Shown here one piece after another: positions 1-10,310 of a stretch of DNA of 20,000 nucleotides (the first letter of the stretch is position 1; each line of letters begins with the position of its first letter). The notes under the pieces were generated by a model. The model saw nothing but the letters and a program-made list of their open reading frames with translations, had not been told where the DNA came from and ran no database searches. Source of the DNA: an uncultured virus (IMG/VR IMGVR_UViG_3300028887_000113) (taxonomy: Duplodnaviria; Heunggongvirae; Uroviricota; Caudoviricetes); IMG/VR virus record IMGVR_UViG_3300028887_000113, one strand, 5' to 3'. The position numbers and the translations under genes were made by a program.

Positions 1-1504
1 AGACATAGTCCGTCTCTCCAGCCTTCATTGGGTTATATATACCACCGTCGACACGGCACATATTGTAGTTTCCGCACATGCAGACCGGCGCATTATGGAC
101 ATAACTGCCCATTTCCGGTGTCGTAACGCACTGGTAGGCATTGATTTTCTTGCCAGACTTGAGCACTCGTTCCGGATCGACATAGATGACTTCATTGTCG
201 GTCGAGCCATGCTCTACGACCACACCGTCAACTACGACATCATCGATGAAGTTGGCGATCGGTGAGAACGGATTTCCGATAAAGCGCAACGGACAAGATG
301 CGCCGGACGTATTCTCGAAACGATATATTGCGTTAAGGCTAAAGGTCAACATCGGTCGTCGCATACCGTTAATCAGGTAGCCGAGGTGTCCGAAATTGTC
401 CTTCTCGATAGAAACCTTGTAATTGATAACCGGCTTGTTCGTATGGTCGAACGGCGAATTAGCCTTGTGGGTCGTAACTACACCAGTAGCTGGATCCAAC
501 TCGGTCGAATGCCACTGGGTCGGAACGTAGGCTGGATTGTTTTCACCGTATTGACCCGGCGTTCCGTTATACATGTAGACCATCTGGATAATTCCGCCAG
601 TACCCAAGTTCTTGCCGTACTCATCATCCGGACGCTTGTATAGCAAGCCATGCGGATAATCACGGATAATGTCCAACCCTAGATTCTTGTCCTTGACGAC
701 CAAGCAAACTGTGTTATAATCAATTTCACCGTCAATTTCCGGGTTGTATACGTAATTCTTTCCCTTCTCGGTCTGGTCAATAGGCACTATCTGGTCGCCA
801 TAGGTCGGCGAGCAAGTCGGCTCGATAAAGTCAATGAAACGGTACGGAGTCATGTTCTTGCCGTGCTGCTTCGTGTAGGACACGTTACGGAAAATATAGA
901 CGACACTATCGTCTTCAGCATTATTGGTACGAGTAGCAATCGTGACAGTAGGCTGACGGTCTCCGTCGAGGTAGATGATGTTGCCATAACCGCAATCTTT
1001 GTAGTCTACGTTATACTCGTACTTGCTGAGCCTTGGGTCTGGGACCTGGCCAAACAGTCCGGCCACGGTCAAGTAAAAAGGATGCTCCTTAGAATAGTTC
1101 CAGATGTCATTGAGTGCGATTTGGGATTTCTGGTTAGTCGGGCGGCTATAGGAGATAGAGTTGCCTATGAACAGTTTTGCGACTGTCGGAGATGTTGGCC
1201 TTTCACCTACTGGATAGAGTCTGATGTTGCTTAGTTGGACATCTGGAGCATGAATCAAATGAATCTTGAATACACTTTCCATGGAGTACGAATAGCACTC
1301 CGGATTGTCTGGGCGGTAAATGCAATAGGCACCAGCTTCGGACGCATCGTCCGCCGGTACGGTATGGCCGGTTTCTTCGAGAGCCGCCGAGCTATATACT
1401 GACGGCACGCAAGTATCGACCCTTTTTAGACCGATGGATGACACCGGAGTACCGAAATCGCCATCCTTACCAGTATATTTCTTTATGAGCAAACGTGCGG
1501 ACAT
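1..1504 (-). CDS. Hypothetical protein of at least 501 aa, probable late/virion protein; C-terminus lies beyond the left edge of the window
   Basis: Manual translation from ATG at 1504 (MSARLLIKKYTGKDGDFGTPVSSIGLKRVDTC...GGIYNPMKAGETDYV) stays open to position 2. It is absent from the ORF track because its stop is outside the window. GGTGG RBS-like sequence and TGATAAACT motif upstream. Rich in Y/P/D/G/C and probably beta-rich. The virion role is inference. Confidence 0.85.
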   Translation of the reverse strand, partial: MSARLLIKKYTGKDGDFGTPVSSIGLKRVDTCVPSVYSSAALEETGHTVPADDASEAGAYCIYRPDNPECYSYSMESVFKIHLIHAPDVQLSNIRLYPVGERPTSPTVAKLFIGNSISYSRPTNQKSQIALNDIWNYSKEHPFYLTVAGLFGQVPDPRLSKYEYNVDYKDCGYGNIIYLDGDRQPTVTIATRTNNAEDDSVVYIFRNVSYTKQHGKNMTPYRFIDFIEPTCSPTYGDQIVPIDQTEKGKNYVYNPEIDGEIDYNTVCLVVKDKNLGLDIIRDYPHGLLYKRPDDEYGKNLGTGGIIQMVYMYNGTPGQYGENNPAYVPTQWHSTELDPATGVVTTHKANSPFDHTNKPVINYKVSIEKDNFGHLGYLINGMRRPMLTFSLNAIYRFENTSGASCPLRFIGNPFSPIANFIDDVVVDGVVVEHGSTDNEVIYVDPERVLKSGKKINAYQCVTTPEMGSYVHNAPVCMCGNYNMCRVDGGIYNPMKAGETDYV

Positions 1505-1528
1505 ATACCACCGAAAGTGTTTGTACGC

Positions 1529-1537
1529 AGTTTATCA
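1529..1537 (-). promoter_or_regulatory. TGATAAACT motif, candidate phage late promoter
   Basis: 25 nt upstream of ATG 1504. AAACTGATAAACT (13 bp) is identical to the copy at 6372-6384. Confidence 0.65.
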
Positions 1538-1542
1538 GTTTT

Positions 1543-4500
1543 CTATTTCTTAAACATGTCATTGGCTTGGGTCATTGCGCCCTTCATGATCACCTTGTAC
1601 AGTTCCTCGGTAGACATGTTGCTCGGCTGGACGGTCACTGTAATGTGTTCCTTGGTCAAGCTCGCCTTACGAACACCAGCAAGTTCTGCATTGGACACGA
1701 CCTTTTCGAAGATATCTCCGCTCATGCTACCAGAGCTACCAACTCCGCCAGCGCCTTGTGTAGAACCATCCGAGAACTTCCCAGCATTATCCTCAATAGA
1801 TTTCTGTCTGAATATTGCCCTCAGTTCATCAAATCCGATCAAGTCTTGACCAGCAATCAAGCCGAACTCATTCTCGACCATGTCGGCCATAGAGGCATTC
1901 GGGCCATCCACGAAATGGTCGTACATGATGCCGCCGCCATAATTCTCGAACAAGTCCTTCAACGCATCGAACTCTTCCTTGATCTGAGTAGCTACGAGCG
2001 TATGCAGTAACAATGCATCGTCTCCGATAACTTTGCCATTATTGAATCCATCAATAAAGCTATGCTCGCTAACAGTTTCAATCGGATATCCCATCTGTAC
2101 TAGTTCATCTTCAGTACGGAATACTCCGTCAATATACAACCCACGTTCAGTGCATTCCACCGGTGCCAGTTTTTCTCCATAGAAATCGTCCTTTGAATTC
2201 TGATCAAACGTCGGTCGTATATCGGTAGTCTTAAGATGCAACTTACCGTCACTCAATGACAACCATGCACCGCCGTCGGCAGACTCTTCTACAAATATCT
2301 TGGCATCTTGGTATAGATTTCCAAGGTAGTCCTTGACCATCTCAACCATATCTTCGGTATACTTACGGTCGACTATATCCTTGTATGTCTCGACATATTC
2401 ACCAGACACGAGGGCACGCGCCGCCGTCAAGCTTCCAGTCAGACCATAATAAATCAACAACTGCTTGTACGACTTATCATTCAGAGCCTTCCATTCATAT
2501 ATGTTGTCACGATTGTTCAGAGAAGAACCGTTAGCTTGCATCTTGGTACGGATCAAGTTACAGAACTCAAGCACATTCCGTAATACAATATCATGCGGAA
2601 CCGTATAATTACGAATATTTCTAGGACTGACGTAATGCTGGCCGTTAATCAACAACGCGTTCTTGTATGCCGCGCTATTCCTTAGCACATAAGGCAATTT
2701 GCCTTGTGGACGCGTATTATATACCAATTTATTGGCATCTACATTGACATATCCCAAACTAGCCACCGGGTCTTCTTGGTTCAATGTCGCTTCACGGAAC
2801 TTCATCGCATCCTTATGGTTCACTCCGATAGGCAAAAATTCCCATACAAATATATTCGCACCAATCTTCAATCGGCCACACCATACAACGTTCAACGGTT
2901 TGCCGAACACACCATTCAAGCACGCAGTCGTAAAGCCATCGGCTATATCGATCAGCTGCATGAATTCCGGGCTGCCGTCTTCGATCGGCATGCCAGTCGC
3001 CTTACCGCTAATAAGAATCTTAACCGCAAGACCATAGTTGTGCCATGACAAGAACGTACTTTCACCGCCACCGGAACTCATCAGCTCTTGGTCGTCCTTG
3101 GAACGCATAGTCTCTACCAGCTCGACCATCGAGGCACCATAGGTATTGCGCAGAATTCCCATCAAGATAGCAACGGCATCATATATGCCCATGCTAGCAC
3201 GCATATCACCAATACGCTTGGAACTGTTCTTGAAGATTACCCATCCGGGAACCTTCGTGTCCGGATCTGACGGCATCTCTCTAGTATCGCTGGCATACTT
3301 GTCTTGGTCAAATGCGCCATAGTTCATGAACGCCCAACGACGGATCTCGGAATCATACGGAATATACGGCATGTTGTATTCAAGCCGAATCTTGGTACGT
3401 TCATCCGACTTTTCCGTATTTTCCAGTGGAACATATATTCCAACGACATATACACTTCTACCGATACCGTCTATGACAGTATTTGCAGTAAATTTTGATG
3501 CATTATTGATAGTCACGTCAACTTCCAGTCCGTCGTCACTTATCAGCAACAATGTACCGTTTGTAAACTGTGTAACTTTACCAACGCCAATCAGATTAGC
3601 AGAATCACCTTCTATAGGATAATCAAACGTACATACAGTTGATGAGCTGCTGGTCGACACATTCGCATCCTTACCTATCGGATAGTACTGCATCGGCTCA
3701 CTACTATTAGGAGGATATGCCTCGTAGACATCGTTATCTACAAACGTAATTTCGCACCAACGGACACCGATAGATCTCTTGACCATCTTGTGCCGAGTCC
3801 GTCCCCATCGCTTGTACCTAACCTTTACCCGTTTGTACATCTGAACCGGCAATAAAAAGCGAGCTGGCATGAAATTATACGGTGTATCAGCGAATCCATA
3901 CGACGGACGGGTGCCAATAAAAGTCTTATTAGTAAACACGGACTCGTTCGTATATATTTGATACCATTTAATACGGTCAATAGTGTCCTTGAGCTTTTCA
4001 TAGGCGCGTTTAGCATCACGTAATCTAAGTTTCTGTAGAAGCAAGAACGTCAAGCCAAAATGAAGCCCTTGTACGGTCAATATGTTGTCAATCTCGTCAA
4101 TAGCATCATCCATCGTATTAAGCGCAAACTTTACACAGTCGTTGACTGTATACGTTGTAGCTTCGCCAATATCATCAATAGTTTCATAGGACGGCTCGAA
4201 TTTATGCTCATCCAGCAAATCAGTTGCTGTTGACGAAGTATCCCAGCAGACCACCGGCAACTCGTCATCATCAGAGTATGACCCAGTCGTTACATATTGA
4301 CACATGTTATCGATATGGTCGCTACTTCCTATATTAAAGTAATATGGCTGATTGTCATACGACACATTATTGACATCATTACCGATTCTATTGTACAATC
4401 CGCGAATCATAGTTATACATATGTCAATAAATTGAGATACACTACCAAGATACGTGCATTGATGGTTATCATTCGTAATCAAATAATCCATTATATCTGG

Positions 4501-6348
4501 TGTCCACATATATGGAGTCAATTCTGATTCCGGTGGATCAGTATCAGTAGACAGCCCAGCATTTACATTAAAGTCAAACGGCTGTCCATCGGTGCCCAAG
4601 ACCGTGCACTGACATATTTTCTGATCTGGAATGTAGTAACATTGCAAAAAACCGGGGTCTCCGTTATCAAATCCATAGTAATCATTGTACATACCGGCAT
4701 AAATATCAGCCAGCTGCTTTTTGATATCGGACACTTTCATAGGCTGATAGGCCATTTGCCAATCGGAATACGTAGCATTGCCCATCATACCATGCAGAAA
4801 TCCGCTCCACCACTCCTTCGGAAAATTGCTTTTAAGCTGTGTTTCGTCATATCCGGTAAAAATCCTATATGACACACCTAGATAATATGGCGGCGTAGAA
4901 TTTTTCGTCGCAACCTTACCATCGGATTCTTTAGCCACAGTTCCTAAAGCATATAAGGTTTCAAATCCCTTAGTACTAAATAGACGAATGCCTTTCGTCC
5001 ACACATTCATATTTCCGTTATCGTCGCCAATATCGGAAATACCATACGATAATTGAGGGATACCATACTCATACATCGCTTTCAAGAAATTCGTGCATGA
5101 TGCTAAGTCAAGCGCAAATACCTTTTCGGTTGCATATTTTTTCAGCTTGTATCGTTCCTGGCTTAACTTGCGCTTCAGTCCGCTAGACATAAACCGACGG
5201 ACACCACGTATGCTCATTATCTCGTTATATGTGTCAAAATACCGTTCGGTAAATTCGTCAGCAAGTTCTTCCTTCGGTGTATAAAGCTTCTTAAATACAT
5301 CGGATACTGTCGGAATTACTGCAGTCGCACCATCAGCACGTATGTTGGGTAATGGCGACGGATTGCGGTCCATACACTTGAAATAAAACGAAGACGCGGT
5401 GGTCAATTTTTGCTTATCGACATCAGACGTATACACGTCGATCATTTTGGCATTATTCTTAATCTTCGTACGTGTCCAGTCAGCATAGTACGTCTTTACG
5501 GCAATTTGCCAGTCAGACAGACCCTCGGTATCGCCAATCGGGTCGGCATATGACGAATCATAAAATACAGTTTTGATACCAAGATTATTCTCTCGTGCAT
5601 GTTCTCCAAGTACGTTTACCGCCTTAACGAAAGAATCATACCGATAAACAGCATTGGATTTTCCCTTGGTCTGCTTGTTATACCACTTAAAACCCTGATA
5701 CAAGTTTCCTCGCAACCCGACGGCAGCCAGTGCACGCGATGTCCATATGTAATTCGTCTGATGCCAGAAATTCTGGTCGACATTTGTATAGTTTGCGTCG
5801 AACGGGTTAATGTCATACTGAGGCAAGCTTGGATTCATCAATCTAAAACGCGGCGTTACTGATACGGTCAATGCCGTAACCGTAGTACCCTCGACATCCG
5901 AATCATCTACATCGCACAGCCGCATATTCGTCAATGCAACGTCATTCACTACCATCCCAACGGTCAAACTAATGTCGAGAATAATCGAACGTGATTCCGG
6001 AATTTCAAAAATACCAGATTCAGCCAAGTCATCCAACGGATAGCCAATCGCTATATAGTATGATTTCGCAACTTGGCCGCCATCGGCCAGGTCAGTAGTA
6101 GTAACATCCAGTACAACTCTATCTTCTACGCTAACGGCAGAACCATCTGACTTGTATATGCCAGTAATCAGGTACATCACGTTATTCGTCACCAGCTCAT
6201 TCATGTTGACGTCATCGATAGATCCGTCATCATTTGTTGCCAACGAACTGGGCGTAGTTTTCAAAGGAATATCACTGACATCGAGCTTGATGTCAGTTTT
6301 TATTGTCTTTTCCTTGTAATAATGTTCGAAATCAAACAGTCCAGCCAT
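1543..6348 (-). CDS. Large (~1601 aa) probable virion structural protein containing a degenerate peptidase M15 (L-Ala-D-Glu endopeptidase-like) domain
   Basis: Long ORF. Start reassigned to ATG 6348 (MAGLFDF) because GAGG lies just upstream. ETMRSKDDQELM...SWHNYGLAVKI (~3010-3120) resembles the M15C R-S-x3-Q...SxHNYGLAVD motif. Confidence 0.8.
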   Translation of the reverse strand: MAGLFDFEHYYKEKTIKTDIKLDVSDIPLKTTPSSLATNDDGSIDDVNMNELVTNNVMYLITGIYKSDGSAVSVEDRVVLDVTTTDLADGGQVAKSYYIAIGYPLDDLAESGIFEIPESRSIILDISLTVGMVVNDVALTNMRLCDVDDSDVEGTTVTALTVSVTPRFRLMNPSLPQYDINPFDANYTNVDQNFWHQTNYIWTSRALAAVGLRGNLYQGFKWYNKQTKGKSNAVYRYDSFVKAVNVLGEHARENNLGIKTVFYDSSYADPIGDTEGLSDWQIAVKTYYADWTRTKIKNNAKMIDVYTSDVDKQKLTTASSFYFKCMDRNPSPLPNIRADGATAVIPTVSDVFKKLYTPKEELADEFTERYFDTYNEIMSIRGVRRFMSSGLKRKLSQERYKLKKYATEKVFALDLASCTNFLKAMYEYGIPQLSYGISDIGDDNGNMNVWTKGIRLFSTKGFETLYALGTVAKESDGKVATKNSTPPYYLGVSYRIFTGYDETQLKSNFPKEWWSGFLHGMMGNATYSDWQMAYQPMKVSDIKKQLADIYAGMYNDYYGFDNGDPGFLQCYYIPDQKICQCTVLGTDGQPFDFNVNAGLSTDTDPPESELTPYMWTPDIMDYLITNDNHQCTYLGSVSQFIDICITMIRGLYNRIGNDVNNVSYDNQPYYFNIGSSDHIDNMCQYVTTGSYSDDDELPVVCWDTSSTATDLLDEHKFEPSYETIDDIGEATTYTVNDCVKFALNTMDDAIDEIDNILTVQGLHFGLTFLLLQKLRLRDAKRAYEKLKDTIDRIKWYQIYTNESVFTNKTFIGTRPSYGFADTPYNFMPARFLLPVQMYKRVKVRYKRWGRTRHKMVKRSIGVRWCEITFVDNDVYEAYPPNSSEPMQYYPIGKDANVSTSSSSTVCTFDYPIEGDSANLIGVGKVTQFTNGTLLLISDDGLEVDVTINNASKFTANTVIDGIGRSVYVVGIYVPLENTEKSDERTKIRLEYNMPYIPYDSEIRRWAFMNYGAFDQDKYASDTREMPSDPDTKVPGWVIFKNSSKRIGDMRASMGIYDAVAILMGILRNTYGASMVELVETMRSKDDQELMSSGGGESTFLSWHNYGLAVKILISGKATGMPIEDGSPEFMQLIDIADGFTTACLNGVFGKPLNVVWCGRLKIGANIFVWEFLPIGVNHKDAMKFREATLNQEDPVASLGYVNVDANKLVYNTRPQGKLPYVLRNSAAYKNALLINGQHYVSPRNIRNYTVPHDIVLRNVLEFCNLIRTKMQANGSSLNNRDNIYEWKALNDKSYKQLLIYYGLTGSLTAARALVSGEYVETYKDIVDRKYTEDMVEMVKDYLGNLYQDAKIFVEESADGGAWLSLSDGKLHLKTTDIRPTFDQNSKDDFYGEKLAPVECTERGLYIDGVFRTEDELVQMGYPIETVSEHSFIDGFNNGKVIGDDALLLHTLVATQIKEEFDALKDLFENYGGGIMYDHFVDGPNASMADMVENEFGLIAGQDLIGFDELRAIFRQKSIEDNAGKFSDGSTQGAGGVGSSGSMSGDIFEKVVSNAELAGVRKASLTKEHITVTVQPSNMSTEELYKVIMKGAMTQANDMFKK

Positions 6349-6354
6349 GAAAAT

Positions 6355-6395
6355 GCCTCGGTTACGCACCTAGTTTATCAGTTTGCAACCGAGGC
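6355..6395 (-). promoter_or_regulatory. RBS-sequestering hairpin with a TGATAAACT candidate late promoter in its loop
   Basis: Perfect 9-bp inverted repeat GCCTCGGTT (6355-6363) / AACCGAGGC (6387-6395). The mRNA 3' arm contains the GAGG RBS of the 6348 gene. The motif at 6372-6380 is 24 nt from the ATG. Confidence 0.7.
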
Positions 6396-6401
6396 TAATT
6401 C

Positions 6402-8660
6402 CTAGGCAGTCTCTTTTTCCCACATCGGCTTGATCGGTCCCAACATCGAGTACAGACCGTTGTTGGTCACTGCCTGGTGGAAATCGAACTTGTCAGACAC
6501 CACCTTGCCACGGTGAGTAATGATAACGGCACAACCGATATCGGCAAGCATCAGCTTGGCGAGGTCGAGCATGTCCCTCATGGAGTTGTCGTCGGTAGAA
6601 ATGTCGAGCACTTCGTCAAGAGACAAGAAGTTGACATTGAAGTTACCGACCAGCGACACGAAGTCACGGAACGCCATCGATATAGCGAATCCAAGCTTGC
6701 GCTTCTGGCCTTGTGACAACATCGTGTAGGACGGCGACAGACCCGGAAGAGTCTTGAACGTATAGTCCATAGAATCGCTGAACGTCACCACGAACGGCAA
6801 GTGAGCCTTGGCAATGTTGCGCTGCACGGCCTTGTTAAACGCCGGGACGAACATACTGAATACCATCTTCTTCATACCGTCGTCGGCGCAGACCTTCGTG
6901 ATGGTATTGCAGACGGCGATAGTGTCACTCGCCTCATGCATATGCTTTTCGGCTTCGGCTAGTAAAGCTTGATTCTTCTTGATCTTGGATTCCATAACGG
7001 CTATTGAGTCGTCGGTAGAATTCTCGGCACGCTCGATGTTGTCCTTGAGAGTATCAAGCTGTTCCTTCATCTGAGACAACTGTCCATTCAAGTCGCTCTG
7101 TACAGCAACGATATCGCTGAACTGTCTGTTCAACTCATCATATTCAGTACGGATAGCTGGGAATGCCAGCTTTTCTTTCTTAAGCTCATCGAGGCGGATC
7201 GTCAACGAATCGACATCGACGCCAGAAAGTTCACGTTCCAGTCGGCTGACTTCGTTCTTTGCCGTAATCATTTCAGTATAGGCCGGAGTCTTTTTCTCAT
7301 CCAGATACTTCTGGTAGTCTTGGATTTTCGGTTCCATACCCTCAATAGCGGCTAGTACGTCAGCTTTGTCAGAATCAATGCGACTGAGTTCCTTTTCCAA
7401 CGGAGTAAGTTCAGCCTTCAATGCCTTGACTTGGTCATTGAGTGCCGACCACTGTACACGCAATTCGGCCTTGTGGCGTTCAACATCAGACTCGTCAGAA
7501 ATATGTCCGCAAGTCGGACACGGCGTTCCAACCTTAAACGACTTAGCAGTCTCGGTAAGCTGATCACGCTGTTCGGTACGCATACGGATCTCGTTTTCCT
7601 TAATGCCATACTCTCGGTCGACCTTGGCACGTTCTGCTGGTAGCTCTGCCAACTTTTCTTGAGCTTGCTTATACGCTTCGGTAAGATTCGTCATGATACC
7701 TTCGTATCGCTCATTCTCTTCTATTAACTGATTGTAGTCAGTCTCGGCATCAGCATAGCGTGCCTTTGCATCATGGAGCTGCGGAATCTTGGCGGACTGC
7801 CGGTTAATCTTGTCAATCTCCAGATCGATCTCGCACTCTTTCGCCAACTGGGCACGCTTCTCAAGAATCTTCGACTTGATTTCTGTCTTGTCATTCTCGT
7901 GACCGTCATAATCAAATTTTAATACCTTGTACTTGTTATCAAGCGCCTTATAGTCGGCCTTCATCTGGTCAAGATTTTCTGCACGCTCGGCAAGCATCTG
8001 CTCATGAATCTTCTGGAGTTCGGCAACTTCATCACCAAGCTGAGTCATGTCTGACTGGGCAACATTGAACGAAATCGTCGCTTCGGACAGACGCTTATGG
8101 TTTGCCTTCTTCCAAGTATCGAGCGACAGCGAAATTATTGACTCCAGCAATTCACGCTTCTTCGCAGCAGGGAGCATAAAGAACGGAAGCGTTTCCTGGG
8201 TGTTCATGGCTATTACGTTCTTGAACAGCACCTCGTTGAACTGGAGAACCTTTTCCTCAAAGTCTTGCTGGCTGAACCCGGCACGCTTGTTCTGCGCTAC
8301 CCATTCCTCGCCTATTAACTTTTCAATAGTGAACTTGACCGTAGACGTCTTGCCAGAAATACTCCTCATGATACGCCACGATTCGTGACCGTCTTGGGGA
8401 TTTTCCGTATCGAACGTCAACTGAACGACTGTCGGTTCACCGGCACTTGCGTTCTTCGTGTTACGGAGTTCTTCCTTCTTGCCGCCACGGTAAGAAACGC
8501 CTAGTAAGGCGAAAGTCATCGCCTCGACAATGGCGGACTTGCCGAAGCCGTTGTCGCCACTGAGCCATGTCAAGCCGTCACGGAACTCGAAGACGTTCTT
8601 CGTGTTACCGTACGACATGAAATTACGGAACTGGAGTTCCTTGAAAATAATCTTATGCAT
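6402..8660 (-). CDS. T4 gp46-like / SbcC / Rad50 recombination ATPase (SMC-like)
   Basis: N-terminal FRNFMSYGN, Walker A GDNGFGKS, long coiled coils with central zinc hook CPTC, signature LSQGQ, Walker B LSLDEVLD, H-loop IITH. Confidence 0.93.
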   Translation of the reverse strand: MHKIIFKELQFRNFMSYGNTKNVFEFRDGLTWLSGDNGFGKSAIVEAMTFALLGVSYRGGKKEELRNTKNASAGEPTVVQLTFDTENPQDGHESWRIMRSISGKTSTVKFTIEKLIGEEWVAQNKRAGFSQQDFEEKVLQFNEVLFKNVIAMNTQETLPFFMLPAAKKRELLESIISLSLDTWKKANHKRLSEATISFNVAQSDMTQLGDEVAELQKIHEQMLAERAENLDQMKADYKALDNKYKVLKFDYDGHENDKTEIKSKILEKRAQLAKECEIDLEIDKINRQSAKIPQLHDAKARYADAETDYNQLIEENERYEGIMTNLTEAYKQAQEKLAELPAERAKVDREYGIKENEIRMRTEQRDQLTETAKSFKVGTPCPTCGHISDESDVERHKAELRVQWSALNDQVKALKAELTPLEKELSRIDSDKADVLAAIEGMEPKIQDYQKYLDEKKTPAYTEMITAKNEVSRLERELSGVDVDSLTIRLDELKKEKLAFPAIRTEYDELNRQFSDIVAVQSDLNGQLSQMKEQLDTLKDNIERAENSTDDSIAVMESKIKKNQALLAEAEKHMHEASDTIAVCNTITKVCADDGMKKMVFSMFVPAFNKAVQRNIAKAHLPFVVTFSDSMDYTFKTLPGLSPSYTMLSQGQKRKLGFAISMAFRDFVSLVGNFNVNFLSLDEVLDISTDDNSMRDMLDLAKLMLADIGCAVIITHRGKVVSDKFDFHQAVTNNGLYSMLGPIKPMWEKETA

Positions 8661-10290
8661 CTAAATTACCAAATGCGGAAAGGTCAGTATTGTTAAGAAG
8701 ATTGGTTTCACCAAGGTCGAGTTCGACGTCGTCTTCATTCTTTTCTGGTTCGGACGAAGCTTCACCAATCTTGACGACTGGATCTACACAATGAGTATCT
8801 TGGTATACCTTGATTTCGCCATTCAACAAAGGATCGGCTTCGGCAGCCTTCTTAGCGGCTTCCTTGTTAGCCTTCTTCTTTTCACGAGCCTTCTTGGCTT
8901 GTTCACGACGCTTTGCCTTACGGTCTTCAGCTTCCTTATCGAACTTCTGGGCATCTTCCTGGGAGATCGGAGTAGCATTGACCGTTTCGTCGAACTGCTT
9001 TGTCAATTCGGCAATATCGGAAGATTCGACGACGGCCTTGGCTTGTTCTTGGTCAACCTTGATTTCGACGGCATTTTCGGTAGCCTTCTGGGCAAGGTAT
9101 TCCTTGATATTCAGAACAGCAAGGCACTTACGGAGCTTACCGAGCGCCGGAATGCTGATCTTGAGTTCGGTGCAAATCATCGCATCGGTACGACCGCCTT
9201 CTGCATCCAGTTCAGCAAGCTTCTTGTAGACCGGAGTAGACTCGATGATCATGGCGCATTCACGCTTGTACACTCGTTCGATGACAGCACGGTGTTCCGG
9301 AGTATCCTCATAACCGTTCTTGGCAGCAAAGTCAACCAAGTGTTCCACTGGATAGCCATAAAGGATGAATGTATCGATCTTGCCAAGCGGAACTGGTAAT
9401 TCGAGTTCTGCAGCTTCTTCTGGAGAAATCTCACGCTTCGGCAGCTGCGGCTGTTCCACAAGGGCTTCGTTCTTGGCGAACAGTTCCTCGGTAGCCTCGT
9501 TGACAGGAATCTGCAGCAAGGCCGCACGTTCGATCAACATGTTGTTGTCACGGACGGTATAGCCAACCGGCTTGGTTCCCGGCTGCATACCCATTTCGAA
9601 GCCAGACTTCAGACCGTACTTGTAGCCACGAATCGGATAGGCGTCCGGATTGTACTGGCTGGACACAAGATACTTGCCAAGATAGTCATTGGTAAGCGTA
9701 CTGCCCTTGGAATCACGCCAGTGCGGAGTATTCGGTGTAAGAGGGCCACTCATCGGCATGCAAGCGTTATTCGGCACGGAGAAGAAAGTCAAAGTGTAGT
9801 TCGGCGTGTGGGAACACGGATGAACGAGACCTTGCGGATTCGGACGAGTGTGCTGGAAGCAGTCGATCAGAGTTCCGACACGGTTCTTCATAGCCTTCTC
9901 GGAAGACAGATACTTCACGAAAACGGACATAGCCATGGCCTTGTTGACCATGTACTTGTTGATGAACTCGCTGATTGACTTTGTGAAATTCAAGTCGATC
10001 CAGACAAATTCGTCATCTTCCAGACAAACTGTCCAAGTCGGTTCCGTAGACTGTGCCACGTAGGACTTGATGATGTTGCTTTTCTTGCGCCAGTCATTAC
10101 CAGCCATCGGAACGAGCGTCACGTGTTCTTCACGCTTTCGGCAAGCCTCCGGAAGCCAGCCGTGGCTACCAGAATCATAGACATATATTCGATCGAATCC
10201 GAGTGCGATATGGAAATCGAGCCATTCATTGAAATCAAGTTCATTGTTCGTTGACACACGAACCAAAGCATTTACGGGTATATTCGCCAT
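8653..10290 (-). CDS. GT-A glycosyltransferase-like protein (GT2/GT92-like N-terminus) with putative C-terminal HTH and charged tail
   Basis: EWLDFHIALGFDRIYVYDSGS and WTVCLEDDEFVW match the GT92/GT2-like EW..YH...G.D...IYDN.S and W...lD.DEF motifs. GAGG RBS upstream. Stop overlaps the gp46-like start by 8 nt. Confidence 0.7.
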   Translation of the reverse strand: MANIPVNALVRVSTNNELDFNEWLDFHIALGFDRIYVYDSGSHGWLPEACRKREEHVTLVPMAGNDWRKKSNIIKSYVAQSTEPTWTVCLEDDEFVWIDLNFTKSISEFINKYMVNKAMAMSVFVKYLSSEKAMKNRVGTLIDCFQHTRPNPQGLVHPCSHTPNYTLTFFSVPNNACMPMSGPLTPNTPHWRDSKGSTLTNDYLGKYLVSSQYNPDAYPIRGYKYGLKSGFEMGMQPGTKPVGYTVRDNNMLIERAALLQIPVNEATEELFAKNEALVEQPQLPKREISPEEAAELELPVPLGKIDTFILYGYPVEHLVDFAAKNGYEDTPEHRAVIERVYKRECAMIIESTPVYKKLAELDAEGGRTDAMICTELKISIPALGKLRKCLAVLNIKEYLAQKATENAVEIKVDQEQAKAVVESSDIAELTKQFDETVNATPISQEDAQKFDKEAEDRKAKRREQAKKAREKKKANKEAAKKAAEADPLLNGEIKVYQDTHCVDPVVKIGEASSEPEKNEDDVELDLGETNLLNNTDLSAFGNLDA

Positions 10291-10310
10291 AAAATCCTCA
10301 TTTTCCGCTA

